A DNA stretch of 26,209 nt, from UHGV virus genome UHGV-0185026. One strand, written 5' to 3'. Below are positions 26,190 to 26,209 of the stretch, piece after piece; the stretch's first letter is position 1, and each line of letters begins with the position of its first letter. Source of the stretch: a virus. Made by a program: the position numbers and the translations under genes. Under the pieces are notes generated by a model. That model was not told the DNA's origin, searched no databases, and worked only from the letters and a program-made list of their open reading frames with translations.

Positions 26190-26209
26190 ATGTACACAAC
26201 CTTGCTAAT

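Noticed and set aside
1-26209. CRISPR arrays or other long tandem repeats
   Set aside because: No regularly spaced direct repeats with unique spacers were seen; the only repeats found are the short elements listed as features.

Overview
The window is almost entirely the right-hand part of a P2/186-family temperate myophage prophage in an enterobacterial-type genome, ending next to a host TetR-family regulator gene. On the minus strand lies a colinear late-gene block: tail fibre H (N-terminal part, runs off the window start), baseplate I-J-W-V, tail completion S-R, lysis cassette lysC/lysB/lysA/K/Y, X, head completion L, small terminase M, capsid N and scaffold O. Divergent from it are large terminase P and portal Q on the plus strand. 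The early region has replication initiator A, a Dam-family methyltransferase, a TraR/DksA-like zinc finger, and a 186-type cII/apl/cI switch with a tyrosine integrase. The most interesting part is an AT-rich cargo island between portal Q and replication gene A (about 12.3-17.7 kb), which appears to be split by a candidate cos site. On the Q side is a tightly coupled four-gene minus-strand operon ending in a 634-aa SMC/Rad50-like ABC ATPase with a long coiled coil and a central Cys4 motif; its three small partners have no recognisable enzymatic motifs. I read this as a candidate Lamassu/ABC-3C-like anti-phage system, possibly an undescribed variant. On the A side is a plus-strand pair of a phosphoribosyltransferase-domain protein and a DprA/SLOG-like protein (ShosTA-like), then a LexA-box-preceded small-protein/DinI-like operon resembling the 186 tum module. 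All functional calls come from reading the translations and motifs by eye; no database search was run. Coordinates of short motifs were hand-indexed and may be off by 1-2 nt.
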